Origin: a virus
Virus record (IMG/VR): IMGVR_UViG_3300010970_000064
Length of the DNA stretch: 37,380 bases
Strand: one strand, 5' to 3'
The stretch's first letter is position 1. The number at the start of each line of letters is the position of its first letter. Shown one piece after another: positions 24,494 to 31,414 of the stretch. Position numbers and translations under genes: made by a program. The notes beneath the pieces are model-generated. The model was not told the DNA's origin, did no database searches, and was given only the letters and a program-made list of their open reading frames with translations.

Positions 24494-24943
24494 TTAAAAC
24501 CTCAAGTCTGATTGTGGAACAAAATAAGAAGGCGGTCTGCCTGCTACCTTAGACATAAAATATTGTGGTTTCTTGGCATCACGTGCGTACATATAACCAC
24601 GTACAGTATATTTTCCATTTATACCAGTAAGCAAATAATACTTGGTATCGTCTTTATCACGATCACGAATAATCAAACTACCATTTTCGTGTTGAGTAGC
24701 ACGAACCTCAACGTCGCCAACATCCGGATGGAACCATGCAGCTTTATTCCAGTAAACATTTAAGTATTTAGCCATTGCACACTCAGACAAAGCGCCTTCG
24801 ATGTGTCGTTGCCAGGCAGTATCTTGCTTCTCTCCAATGAATGACTTTTTAGCTGCTTTAATGTCTTCACATTGGCGCAAAATACCAATTTGACTAGCTA
24901 CAAATATTTCTTGTAAAGATAATTCAATTACAGGATTAGTCAT
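24494..24943 (-). CDS. Hypothetical protein, possibly a PD-(D/E)XK-fold nuclease
   Basis: GALSECAMAKYL ... PDVGDVEVR ... LIIRDRD. The D...EVR arrangement resembles a restriction-endonuclease-like core. The start could be 24943 or 24955. Confidence 0.35.
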   Translation of the reverse strand: MTNPVIELSLQEIFVASQIGILRQCEDIKAAKKSFIGEKQDTAWQRHIEGALSECAMAKYLNVYWNKAAWFHPDVGDVEVRATQHENGSLIIRDRDKDDTKYYLLTGINGKYTVRGYMYARDAKKPQYFMSKVAGRPPSYFVPQSDLRF

Positions 24944-25028
24944 AATAAAATCCAATCGTTTTAAAGAACCACAGGATAAACATAATCATTACAAACGCAC
25001 CTATTAGATGAACAATAAACTTAATCAT
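24936..25028 (-). CDS. 30-aa hydrophobic peptide ORF, not in the supplied ORF track
   Basis: ATGA overlap with the upstream ORF. Product: MIKFIVHLIGAFVMIMFILWFFKTIGFYYD. Confidence 0.35.
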   Translation of the reverse strand: MIKFIVHLIGAFVMIMFILWFFKTIGFYYD

Positions 25029-25183
25029 ACTAAGTCCCTAATTTTCAAAATTTTACCGATAGTTTTATCCATAAATATAAAACTGTTATGGCATTTCAAA
25101 TCTATGTGTTTATCTTCAAAATAATACCTACCAAAAATACATATCGCAATTAATGTAAGAATGGCAATTATTACTTCTCTCAT
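25025..25183 (-). CDS. 52-aa protein with an N-terminal TM helix, not in the supplied ORF track
   Basis: ATGA overlap with the primase-helicase stop. Product: MREVIIAILTLIAICIFGRYYFEDKHIDLKCHNSFIFMDKTIGKILKIRDLV. Confidence 0.4.
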   Translation of the reverse strand: MREVIIAILTLIAICIFGRYYFEDKHIDLKCHNSFIFMDKTIGKILKIRDLV

Positions 25184-26766
25184 AATACGTCCTTCATCTC
25201 TAGCATCCTGCCAGTGTCCTTGTTATATAAAAGTGAAGCACAGTGTGGACTTGTGAGTCCAGCAAAGCGATTCTTAAGTATCGATACCTTAGTCGTGTTG
25301 CGTTCCATAGGGTCTTCGGCTTGTGCATTACGTACCAGTCCAATAACGATGTCTGATAGCTGTGCAATAGAGCCTGAACCACGTAACTGACTCAGTGACG
25401 TAGCAGCACCTTCCTCGTGTCCTTTAGACTCAGGACGCTTCAGGTGTGATACAGCGATTAAACATATTCCAGTTTCTTGTACTAGCATACGCAGCTTAGT
25501 CATCAATTCATCTATAGACTTTCTTTCGTCACCATTGCTCTGTGAGCTAACCACCATTGAAATATGATCAAGAAAAACATACTTACAGTCAGCAGCCTTG
25601 GCAAAATATCGAATGCGATTAATGACATTATCAATATCTGTAGAGCCAAAGTTATCCCAAAAGAACAGACGATCCGTCCCAAGTGTATTGTCGAATGCAT
25701 CTTTTAATTCCTCGTGTGATACCTGGGTAGTGGGTAAGTGTAGTGGCTTATTAGCAAACAAGGACATAACAGACTTAGCAGTTTTGCTTACCGACTCTTC
25801 CATAAACATACAGCCGATGTTCCCATCAGTAGTCTGAAGCAAGTGCCATAGGATCTCTCTAAGGAATTGAGATTTACCAAGTCCTGATCCTGCAGTAACT
25901 GTAATAAGTTCACTGGGTCTAATTCCATAAGTGAGTTCGTTAACCCCGTCCCATGGATAGAGAGCAAGACTCTTTTCGACTGGTTTGGTGACTTCGTCCC
26001 ATAGCGTCGATCCAGCAATAATTCCATCTGGAGTCCATTGTTCTGCATTCCACCAAAGGGCGATGTAGTCTTGACTCTTTCCGTTTTTAAGATAGTCACA
26101 AGCATCTTTATATCCTTCAATGTGTTTAACAATCTTGCATTTACTACCAAATAGCTCAGCGACTTCATTAGCTGCTTTTCTTCCTACTTCGTCACCATCA
26201 AAAGAGATGATAATCGACTCAAAGCTATCAAGCCAATCATAAGCAGCTTTACAGTCCTTTAGAGCAGCACTAGCTCCATTCTTGACACTCACATGGGGAT
26301 ACTTACTACCTGCCATCTGAAAGCCTGCCAGAGCGTCTAATTCGCCTTCGTGAATGGTGACGTTACGACCACCTTTAGCGAACTTGTTTTGTCCGAAAAG
26401 TGTAGTCGCTTTCCAGTCACCCTGGATAGAAAAAGACTTATCGCTTACATTACGAACTTTAAGACCAGCGATAGCGTTATCACTATCAAAGTAAGGATAA
26501 TAATGCTTTGAATCATCTTGTTTTACTCCGTATGCTAAGCAAGAAGCCGAAGTGATACCACGATCAACAATAGAAGTGCTAGTAAGATTGTCATAATTAG
26601 TAAAATTCCTCATAGGTGATACTTTCTGTTTAGTTTCGACACCATCGCCATCGATGTAGTTATTGCATACATGGCAGTATTGATGATTGTCGGTATAGAT
26701 GGAGTTACCATCACTGGAACCGCATTTAAGGCACGGAATGTGCTTAATGAATTGACTAGTAGTCAT
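25180..26766 (-). CDS. Bifunctional primase-helicase (T7 gp4-like)
   Basis: Zinc finger CLKCGSSD...CHVCNN, TOPRIM motifs IHEGELDALAG and ISFDGDEVG, Walker A AGSGLGKSQF, and DnaB-family motifs. Confidence 0.9.
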   Translation of the reverse strand: MTTSQFIKHIPCLKCGSSDGNSIYTDNHQYCHVCNNYIDGDGVETKQKVSPMRNFTNYDNLTSTSIVDRGITSASCLAYGVKQDDSKHYYPYFDSDNAIAGLKVRNVSDKSFSIQGDWKATTLFGQNKFAKGGRNVTIHEGELDALAGFQMAGSKYPHVSVKNGASAALKDCKAAYDWLDSFESIIISFDGDEVGRKAANEVAELFGSKCKIVKHIEGYKDACDYLKNGKSQDYIALWWNAEQWTPDGIIAGSTLWDEVTKPVEKSLALYPWDGVNELTYGIRPSELITVTAGSGLGKSQFLREILWHLLQTTDGNIGCMFMEESVSKTAKSVMSLFANKPLHLPTTQVSHEELKDAFDNTLGTDRLFFWDNFGSTDIDNVINRIRYFAKAADCKYVFLDHISMVVSSQSNGDERKSIDELMTKLRMLVQETGICLIAVSHLKRPESKGHEEGAATSLSQLRGSGSIAQLSDIVIGLVRNAQAEDPMERNTTKVSILKNRFAGLTSPHCASLLYNKDTGRMLEMKDVL

Positions 26767-27049
26767 TAGAAGCCTTTAATCGAAGTTCGTCTATTTCTAA
26801 CTGTAATGACTTGATTAACTCTACCACTTCAGACATTTGAACATGACCGACTGCTACGATAGGGCATTTACTAATACGTTCAATCATAGTCCATGCATCA
26901 TAAGTAGGTTTTATGCGATACTCAATATCAGGAAACCACCCCGGGTTTGATGTATCAGTCCATCGTTGATATTCTCTATTAAATGCTTGAATTGTTCGTC
27001 CGTCCGCCCACGCTTTAATAATTGCAGAGTGCTTTTGTGGTTTGTTCAT
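26756..27049 (-). CDS. Hypothetical protein (97 aa)
   Basis: GGAGG lies upstream of the ATG. The motif IIKAWADGRTIQ...W.D...PGW...EYRIKP is common in small phage proteins. Confidence 0.55.
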   Translation of the reverse strand: MNKPQKHSAIIKAWADGRTIQAFNREYQRWTDTSNPGWFPDIEYRIKPTYDAWTMIERISKCPIVAVGHVQMSEVVELIKSLQLEIDELRLKASNDY

Positions 27050-27213
27050 ATAAGAGCCTCCTGAAATTGTGATAAGTCAATAATTAGCTTAGGTGTTCGT
27101 ACACGCTTAAAAGTCCAGCCGTCATGATTTGACACTAGGTGTCTAGCTTCTTCTTGACGACCTACTATACGCATAAGATCACCAGCTTCATCATAAATTA
27201 AGTATTTATTCAT
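27046..27213 (-). CDS. Small hypothetical protein (55 aa), not in the supplied ORF track
   Basis: ATGA overlap downstream. Product: MNKYLIYDEAGDLMRIVGRQEEARHLVSNHDGWTFKRVRTPKLIIDLSQFQEALI. Confidence 0.45.
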   Translation of the reverse strand: MNKYLIYDEAGDLMRIVGRQEEARHLVSNHDGWTFKRVRTPKLIIDLSQFQEALI

Positions 27214-27364
27214 TGAAGTGTTCTACCTGCGCTAGTGTTTGGTGGTATCGGTCAATGATGTCTTTTTGGACTGTTTCATAACCATGTAAGCGAATAGCAT
27301 CGACAATATCATCAAGGACAAAGTGATACCATGCGTTTTGTGATGTGAATCGGTCTTCATTCAT
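27206..27364 (-). CDS. Small hypothetical protein (52 aa), not in the supplied ORF track
   Basis: AAGGGG lies upstream of ATG 27364, and the ORF overlaps the next one by 8 nt (ATGAATAA). Product: MNEDRFTSQNAWYHFVLDDIVDAIRLHGYETVQKDIIDRYHQTLAQVEHFNE. Confidence 0.45.
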   Translation of the reverse strand: MNEDRFTSQNAWYHFVLDDIVDAIRLHGYETVQKDIIDRYHQTLAQVEHFNE

Positions 27365-27374
27365 ACAGTCCCCT

Positions 27375-27392
27375 TATACTTTAAAGTTAAAC
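27375..27392 (-). promoter_or_regulatory. Conserved 18-nt element GTTTAACTTTAAAGTATA (minus-strand copy), with palindromic core ACTTTAAAGT
   Basis: It is the exact reverse complement of 31531-31548. It lies 10 nt upstream of ATG 27364 in a 96-nt AT-rich gap. Confidence 0.6.
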
Positions 27393-27406
27393 TATAAATA
27401 GTTAAT

Positions 27407-27435
27407 GTTATAAGTTTAAACATAGACGACGTAAA
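27407..27435 (-). promoter_or_regulatory. Candidate sigma70 promoter TTTACG-N17-TATAAC
   Basis: On the minus strand the -35 box is at 27435-27430 and the -10 box at 27412-27407, with an exact 17-nt spacer. Confidence 0.4.
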
Positions 27436-27460
27436 AGACTTATAAGTATTATACAGCATT

Positions 27461-27691
27461 TTATTCGTTCTCCATAGGTTTGTCATTCCACGATGTGAGA
27501 TAGTCAGAATCTTCATCATAGGCAGGTTCTTCTTCGTCATCATGCTTTAAGTCGGTACGCTCCAGGGCTAATACGTCGCCTGAGATCGTGCCGTAGCACT
27601 TATTACACATATCTAAAAAGTTACCCGTTGTAACGCTTTTACGTGTCGCTTCGTAGTCTGATAATGCCTTATTGCAGCAATAGCATCTCAT
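27461..27691 (-). CDS. Zinc-ribbon protein with an acidic C-terminal tail
   Basis: CYCCNKAL ... CNKCY (CxxC...CxxC) followed by a D/E-rich tail. Confidence 0.6.
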   Translation of the reverse strand: MRCYCCNKALSDYEATRKSVTTGNFLDMCNKCYGTISGDVLALERTDLKHDDEEEPAYDEDSDYLTSWNDKPMENE

Positions 27692-28308
27692 ACATTACCC
27701 CATTGATCTGCCATAGCGTCAGCAATTCCTTGGAATGTTGTATTCCTAATTTTGGCTCTTGTTTTAGGGTCGTGATTAGCAGCGTCCGCATACCATTTAG
27801 ATGTACGCTTCCCAGATTTGTAAGTAATAAACTCGCCCTTGTCTACAATGTTTGTAGGTACTAACTTAGGTAGACCCTTCAGCCATAAACAGGTTGACTT
27901 TGATGCTTCATGTCCGTACTGCCATGGTTGAATAATTTGGTCTGGCTTCCGGAAGTTTGTAGACATTATTCCTATAGGATTTTCTACAGCAATTTTAGGA
28001 ATATTTGCATTCATGAGAGTCATAAAGAACTTTATAGCATCTTCCCTATCTTGATGACGTGTCGGGAATCTATCCTTATATTCTGGCTTAAACCATTTAT
28101 TCCCTGTAACTGTTAGATAAGTACAAGGTGGGTGAGCAATCATCATATCCCAGGTATTTGGGAATTTAATAACGTTTAAAACATCGTCCTGGATGTGCGG
28201 TCCAGGTTTATCGCATGGTTCAATATCGCAGGATATTGCGTTATGACCTGCTTTAATGAATGCGTCCCGTACTGTGCCACTAAACTCACAAGCAATTAAT
28301 ATTCTCAT
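27688..28308 (-). CDS. Compact DNA (cytosine-5) methyltransferase-like protein (206 aa)
   Basis: Motif I-like ILIACEFSGTVRDAF, motif IV AHPPCTYLT (PC), motif VI AVENPIG (ENP, cf. consensus ENV) and C-terminal RNTTFQGIADAMADQW (motif X-like). GGAGG RBS. I saw no obvious long target-recognition domain. Confidence 0.6.
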   Translation of the reverse strand: MRILIACEFSGTVRDAFIKAGHNAISCDIEPCDKPGPHIQDDVLNVIKFPNTWDMMIAHPPCTYLTVTGNKWFKPEYKDRFPTRHQDREDAIKFFMTLMNANIPKIAVENPIGIMSTNFRKPDQIIQPWQYGHEASKSTCLWLKGLPKLVPTNIVDKGEFITYKSGKRTSKWYADAANHDPKTRAKIRNTTFQGIADAMADQWGNV

Positions 28309-28331
28309 ACTACCTCCAAAATCGATTTTAA

Positions 28332-28347
28332 GCCCCTTTTCAGGGGT
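28332..28347 (-). terminator. Short GC hairpin (CCCCT-gaaa-AGGGG on the minus strand) between a 61-aa ORF and the methyltransferase gene
   Basis: Read directly from the sequence. It is followed by cttaaaatcgatttt, not a clean U-tract, so it may be an attenuator or an RNA-stability element. Confidence 0.3.
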
Positions 28348-28360
28348 GCTAGACTAGCTT

Positions 28361-28546
28361 TTACAGCTCAGGTGTACCCTTACCATTACTTTCTACGTTT
28401 TCTTTACCATGCGCCTCTATTTCAGCCTTGGTAAAAATGGCATAATAGCGCCTTTGTGTTTCCATAATAAAATCAGCATAGCGCCTGGCTTCATCATACA
28501 TATCGAACCAAAAGCCGTTTACATAGTAGTTATTGTCATTTTTCAT
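28361..28546 (-). CDS. Hypothetical protein (61 aa)
   Basis: It sits downstream of the promoter at 28563-28591 and has an AAGGA RBS. Confidence 0.5.
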   Translation of the reverse strand: MKNDNNYYVNGFWFDMYDEARRYADFIMETQRRYYAIFTKAEIEAHGKENVESNGKGTPEL

Positions 28547-28562
28547 AATGTGAAATTCCTTT

Positions 28563-28591
28563 ATTGTAAAGTTTTCTAAATTGATTGTAAA
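28563..28591 (-). promoter_or_regulatory. Sigma70-type promoter TTTACA-N17-TACAAT
   Basis: -35 box at 28591-28586 and -10 box at 28568-28563 with an exact 17-nt spacer, in a 46-nt intergenic gap. The unit AACTTTACAAT occurs twice. Confidence 0.55.
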
Positions 28592-28592
28592 G

Positions 28593-28874
28593 TTAACGAT
28601 TATTATAAAAAGATTCTGTTGCTAAGTGTTCGCCTAAGTCTATCATATAGGCTCTAATCTGCTCTTTTTCGGCTTCGGTACAGTCTTCCCAGCTTCCTAG
28701 GTCTTCCCTAAGCTCTAATTCGCATACAGCCTCATAGAAGTTATTAAGCAGCTTAGGATCTAAAGCGCCGCCGTCCCTGCTCTCAAACTCTATCCAATCG
28801 GCAATATATTCGTCTATATCGTCGCTGTCATCGTCTTCTGGCTCATAATATCTATCATGCATTGATGTACCCAT
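28593..28874 (-). CDS. Hyper-acidic early protein (93 aa, about 30 percent Asp+Glu)
   Basis: GGAGG lies 8 nt upstream of the ATG. The sequence includes EPEDDDSDDIDEY and about 28 acidic against 7 basic residues. Confidence 0.55.
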   Translation of the reverse strand: MGTSMHDRYYEPEDDDSDDIDEYIADWIEFESRDGGALDPKLLNNFYEAVCELELREDLGSWEDCTEAEKEQIRAYMIDLGEHLATESFYNNR

Positions 28875-28875
28875 T

Positions 28876-29037
28876 TTACTTTACCTCCTGTTTAGTGATC
28901 ATAAAAACATACTTCTTAGCAGGTTTAAACCCGTATTTTACCCATGTTTGCATTACGTTGACCGATAGAGACCCATTATAATGCCACTTAGGATCTTTTA
29001 GCGGCGGATTGTCATTAGTGTAATTAGATTTTCTCAT
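28876..29037 (-). CDS. Small hypothetical protein (53 aa), not in the supplied ORF track
   Basis: Product: MRKSNYTNDNPPLKDPKWHYNGSLSVNVMQTWVKYGFKPAKKYVFMITKQEVK. It fills the gap between two annotated ORFs. Confidence 0.4.
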   Translation of the reverse strand: MRKSNYTNDNPPLKDPKWHYNGSLSVNVMQTWVKYGFKPAKKYVFMITKQEVK

Positions 29038-29041
29038 ACGC

Positions 29042-29335
29042 TTATTTTACTTTCACGTGATAAAAATGCTCGTTAATAAATTGTGCTGCCTGTAAAACTC
29101 CTTTATACATTGTATTTAATTCTAAAGCAATACTATCCCCGGTGATATCACCAATAGCGCCAAAACCGATATAGCGCTTATCTGGAGCGATAAACTTTAA
29201 GTCTATATACGTACCCTTATACTCAATTGATAAGTGCGTCATACCCCGTTTTAAGCATTCTGCAATGGTACGCATAATATAGGTCTTATTTGCTTTAGCA
29301 ATTTTTACGGGATAAATTAATTCACTCATGATCAA
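29042..29335 (-). CDS. Hypothetical protein (97 aa)
   Basis: The ORF has a 4-nt overlap with the upstream gene. No family recognised. Confidence 0.5.
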   Translation of the reverse strand: MIMSELIYPVKIAKANKTYIMRTIAECLKRGMTHLSIEYKGTYIDLKFIAPDKRYIGFGAIGDITGDSIALELNTMYKGVLQAAQFINEHFYHVKVK

Positions 29336-29565
29336 ACCCCTTTCACGTCTAAAATAGACTCTTTATCAATTGCCCTGTATCCTTCGCTCTTCAGGTCATA
29401 CACTGTGATAAACTTATCAGGGTTTAACGTGCTGCAGCCGCCTTTTAAGTGTTTAGTGACCCCTAAGCGGCAATTCATTACCCTTAGAGAGCCGTCCTTT
29501 TTTACAAATTTAACGGTTATGATTTTACCGTTAGAATTTAAAATTCTATCTACAAAATTAAGCAT
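29332..29565 (-). CDS. DUF2693-like small beta-barrel protein
   Basis: KIITVKFVKKDGSLRVMNCRLGVTKHLKGG fits the pattern F.KKDG..R.M.. Confidence 0.5.
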   Translation of the reverse strand: MLNFVDRILNSNGKIITVKFVKKDGSLRVMNCRLGVTKHLKGGCSTLNPDKFITVYDLKSEGYRAIDKESILDVKGV

Positions 29566-29578
29566 AATATGCCCCTTA

Positions 29579-29905
29579 TCAAGTGTTATACAGGTTTAAA
29601 GTTTTATTACTAAGCTTCTCTACAATTCGACGGTATACGTCCGCCTTGCTTTTATAGTAGTGGTAATTCTGGTCCCCTTCTCTAAAGTTTAACCATAAAT
29701 TAGACTGCAGGTTTTTAATAATATCAGTCTCTAGGTGATACCTGGAATAGTGGTCTTTAAAGCCGCCGATATTGTAATGCGCTATAAACCCATTAGCTAA
29801 GTAGATATATTTATAACCCGTCCCGTTAAGCTTCTCAATATCGCTGCAAGCTTTCACAATGTTATTGACGATAAGACTTTTTTGCTTTTCTGTTAGTGCT
29901 TCCAT
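29579..29905 (-). CDS. Hypothetical protein (108 aa)
   Basis: An ORF consistent with the operon context. No family recognised. Confidence 0.5.
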   Translation of the reverse strand: MEALTEKQKSLIVNNIVKACSDIEKLNGTGYKYIYLANGFIAHYNIGGFKDHYSRYHLETDIIKNLQSNLWLNFREGDQNYHYYKSKADVYRRIVEKLSNKTLNLYNT

Positions 29906-29922
29906 TTTTGACCCCTTATAAA

Positions 29923-30642
29923 TTAAATTACAAACCCGGATTGATCTTTTACGGCTTTACCTTTGGCATACAATGCGACAATATGACCCAACGGCTCAAC
30001 GTGTCGCACGTCCGAATTATCGCCGCCAATAACAGGCATACCCTTGAAAGTCTCAGGTATATCTTTAGCGTACCGGAAAACTGCAGCTAAGCGCATATTT
30101 TGACTAATAGCGATATCGTTGTACTTCTGGAATGTTACGACGTTACTATATGAGAATGTAAGGTCATAATTTTTTGGCAGGTCTTTACGGTTTGCCACTT
30201 TAGTGTAGTCATAAAATTGGGTATCAGGAAAGCGGCTCATTAAATTAGGATAGACTTTACCGTCAAAATCAGTGAATTCTACATTTTCCCATTTGATATC
30301 GGACGTACCATTAAGACGGATTAAAAGGGTTTGCCCCAATTTAGCGGCTTTACGTTGACCAGCTTCGATATCCTTCACCAGGTTAAGCATAAAGTTTTGG
30401 CGCTCATTAAAGAATTTTTGAGTTTTGGCTATACGTGATTTTTGAATACTGTTAAATGCTCCACGTCCTGCAGTGTATAAGCAGGCATTCTCACAATTAG
30501 CAAGCTTAGCCATCGGGCAAACTTGAAAGCCGCTTATATCGGACGGCGCTAAGTATAAGATACCGGTATAAAATCCTAACTTTTCACCCTTAACTGTTTT
30601 TGCGTTAGTGTTAAAACCTAATAATGATGTACGTGTAAACAT
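29923..30642 (-). CDS. GP88-family-like protein (function unknown)
   Basis: NAKTVKGEKLGFYTGILYLAPSDISGFQVCPMAKLANCENACLYTAGRG resembles the N-terminal Cys-containing signature of the phage GP88 family as I recall it. Confidence 0.5.
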   Translation of the reverse strand: MFTRTSLLGFNTNAKTVKGEKLGFYTGILYLAPSDISGFQVCPMAKLANCENACLYTAGRGAFNSIQKSRIAKTQKFFNERQNFMLNLVKDIEAGQRKAAKLGQTLLIRLNGTSDIKWENVEFTDFDGKVYPNLMSRFPDTQFYDYTKVANRKDLPKNYDLTFSYSNVVTFQKYNDIAISQNMRLAAVFRYAKDIPETFKGMPVIGGDNSDVRHVEPLGHIVALYAKGKAVKDQSGFVI

Positions 30643-30653
30643 GGTATAGATCC

Positions 30654-30743
30654 TTATAAGTAAACTACAATATAAACTACTGCAACAATGATAGAATAGA
30701 CTGCAAACCCTGTAAGTATAAAGCTTTTTAAATTGGTTGACAT
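30654..30743 (-). CDS. 29-aa hydrophobic peptide ORF, the first ORF of the leftward arm
   Basis: Product: MSTNLKSFILTGFAVYSIIVAVVYIVVYL. AGAGAG lies upstream. It is not in the supplied ORF track. Confidence 0.3.
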   Translation of the reverse strand: MSTNLKSFILTGFAVYSIIVAVVYIVVYL

Positions 30744-30777
30744 TTTAAAACTCTCTCTTTTCTGTTTAGATGTATCC

Positions 30778-30806
30778 AGAATATACAGTACTTTTCCACG
30801 TGTCAA
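30778..30806 (-). promoter_or_regulatory. Candidate leftward early promoter TTGACA-N17-TATTCT
   Basis: -35 box at 30806-30801 (perfect match) and -10 box at 30783-30778 (4 of 6). One copy of the TATACAGTACTT repeat overlaps it. Confidence 0.5.
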
Positions 30807-30853
30807 CAATTATTTTGTAGGTACTTTCCCTAATGTATATCTATACAGTACTT
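30782..30853. repeat. Two copies of the 12-bp TATACAGTACTT (30782-30793 and 30842-30853), operator-like
   Basis: Exact direct repeat 60 bp apart, containing the AGTACT palindrome. Confidence 0.8.
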
Positions 30854-30898
30854 GCCTGGTCTATTAAGATCTAAGCCGCCTGCACTATTATTTTGCCC

Positions 30899-31051
30899 CT
30901 ATAGTATTTTTATGGTCTAATGGTTTAAGGTCTAAGTAGTGCTGCTTAGGTATCTCTATAGGGTCCTTCAACGATACTCATACGCTCACAATGGCAAGAT
31001 CTATAGAGACCTTCAACGCTCCAGGATAGACCACTATAGGACTGCTTAGGC
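30899..31051. repeat. Cluster of direct repeats and four CTATAG palindromes
   Basis: CTATAG occurs at 30899, 30956, 31001 and 31034. TCTATAGRGWCCTTCAACG occurs at 30955-30973 and 31000-31018. CTGCTTAGG occurs at 30942-30950 and 31043-31051. GTAGTGCT occurs twice, the second copy at 31070-31077 just past this span. Confidence 0.85.
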
Positions 31052-31385
31052 TTTAGAGACCCGGGGCAGGGGTAGTGCTACTGAGTTGCTTTTACGGATA
31101 CCTCCAACATTCCTAAAAAGAAGAAATAAGTTCACAAAAAAGAAAAAGAACCTAGTACTCTAAAGTAACTTAAAAGCCAAGAAAGTGGTGTCTAATCTGA
31201 CAATTGAGAATCCCTTATGAATCAACGACCTAGACCACTAAAGTGCATGAAACGTCAATAAAACATAAGTGTTGTAAAAGTCTTATCACCAGAGGATGCT
31301 CACCCGAAGGGCTAAGATGTGTCAGGTGCGCTGTCCGCAGGACCTAGGAGACACTAGAGACATGAAAATAAATCTTAGAAAGGTA

Positions 31386-31414
31386 TTGACAAATCTGTCA
31401 ACTTAGTGTATAAT
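31386..31414 (+). promoter_or_regulatory. Perfect-consensus sigma70 promoter TTGACA-N17-TATAAT (rightward, terminase operon)
   Basis: TTGACA at 31386-31391, 17-nt spacer, TATAAT at 31409-31414. The spacer contains an inverted TGTCAA. Confidence 0.8.

Noticed and set aside
27361-27543. The 60-aa minus-strand ORF in the track.
   Set aside because: It spans the AT-rich intergenic or promoter region and overlaps the zinc-ribbon gene out of frame. The shorter coupled ORF at 27206-27364 explains the coding signal better.
31028-31045. GACCACTATAGGACT and the other CTATAG sites resemble the CACTATAGG core of T7/SP6-class phage RNAP promoters.
   Set aside because: No single-subunit RNA polymerase gene is present. 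CTATAG is palindromic, so orientation is ambiguous, and the upstream specificity region of T7-class promoters is absent. I treated the sites as repeat or binding sites instead.
30899-31051. Possible CRISPR-like mini-array, because of the recurring 19-bp units.
   Set aside because: There are only two copies of the longest unit, the spacing is irregular (57, 45 and 33 bp between palindromes), and the repeats are imperfect. That is not CRISPR architecture.
31270-31360. GC-rich segment with nested short stems (GTGTC...GACAC, AGGT...ACCT, GCG...CGC) as a possible tRNA or ncRNA.
   Set aside because: It has no cloverleaf and no T-loop GTTCGAATC-type motif. It has no adjacent promoter or terminator. 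The stems are short and imperfect. I kept it only as part of the hub finding.
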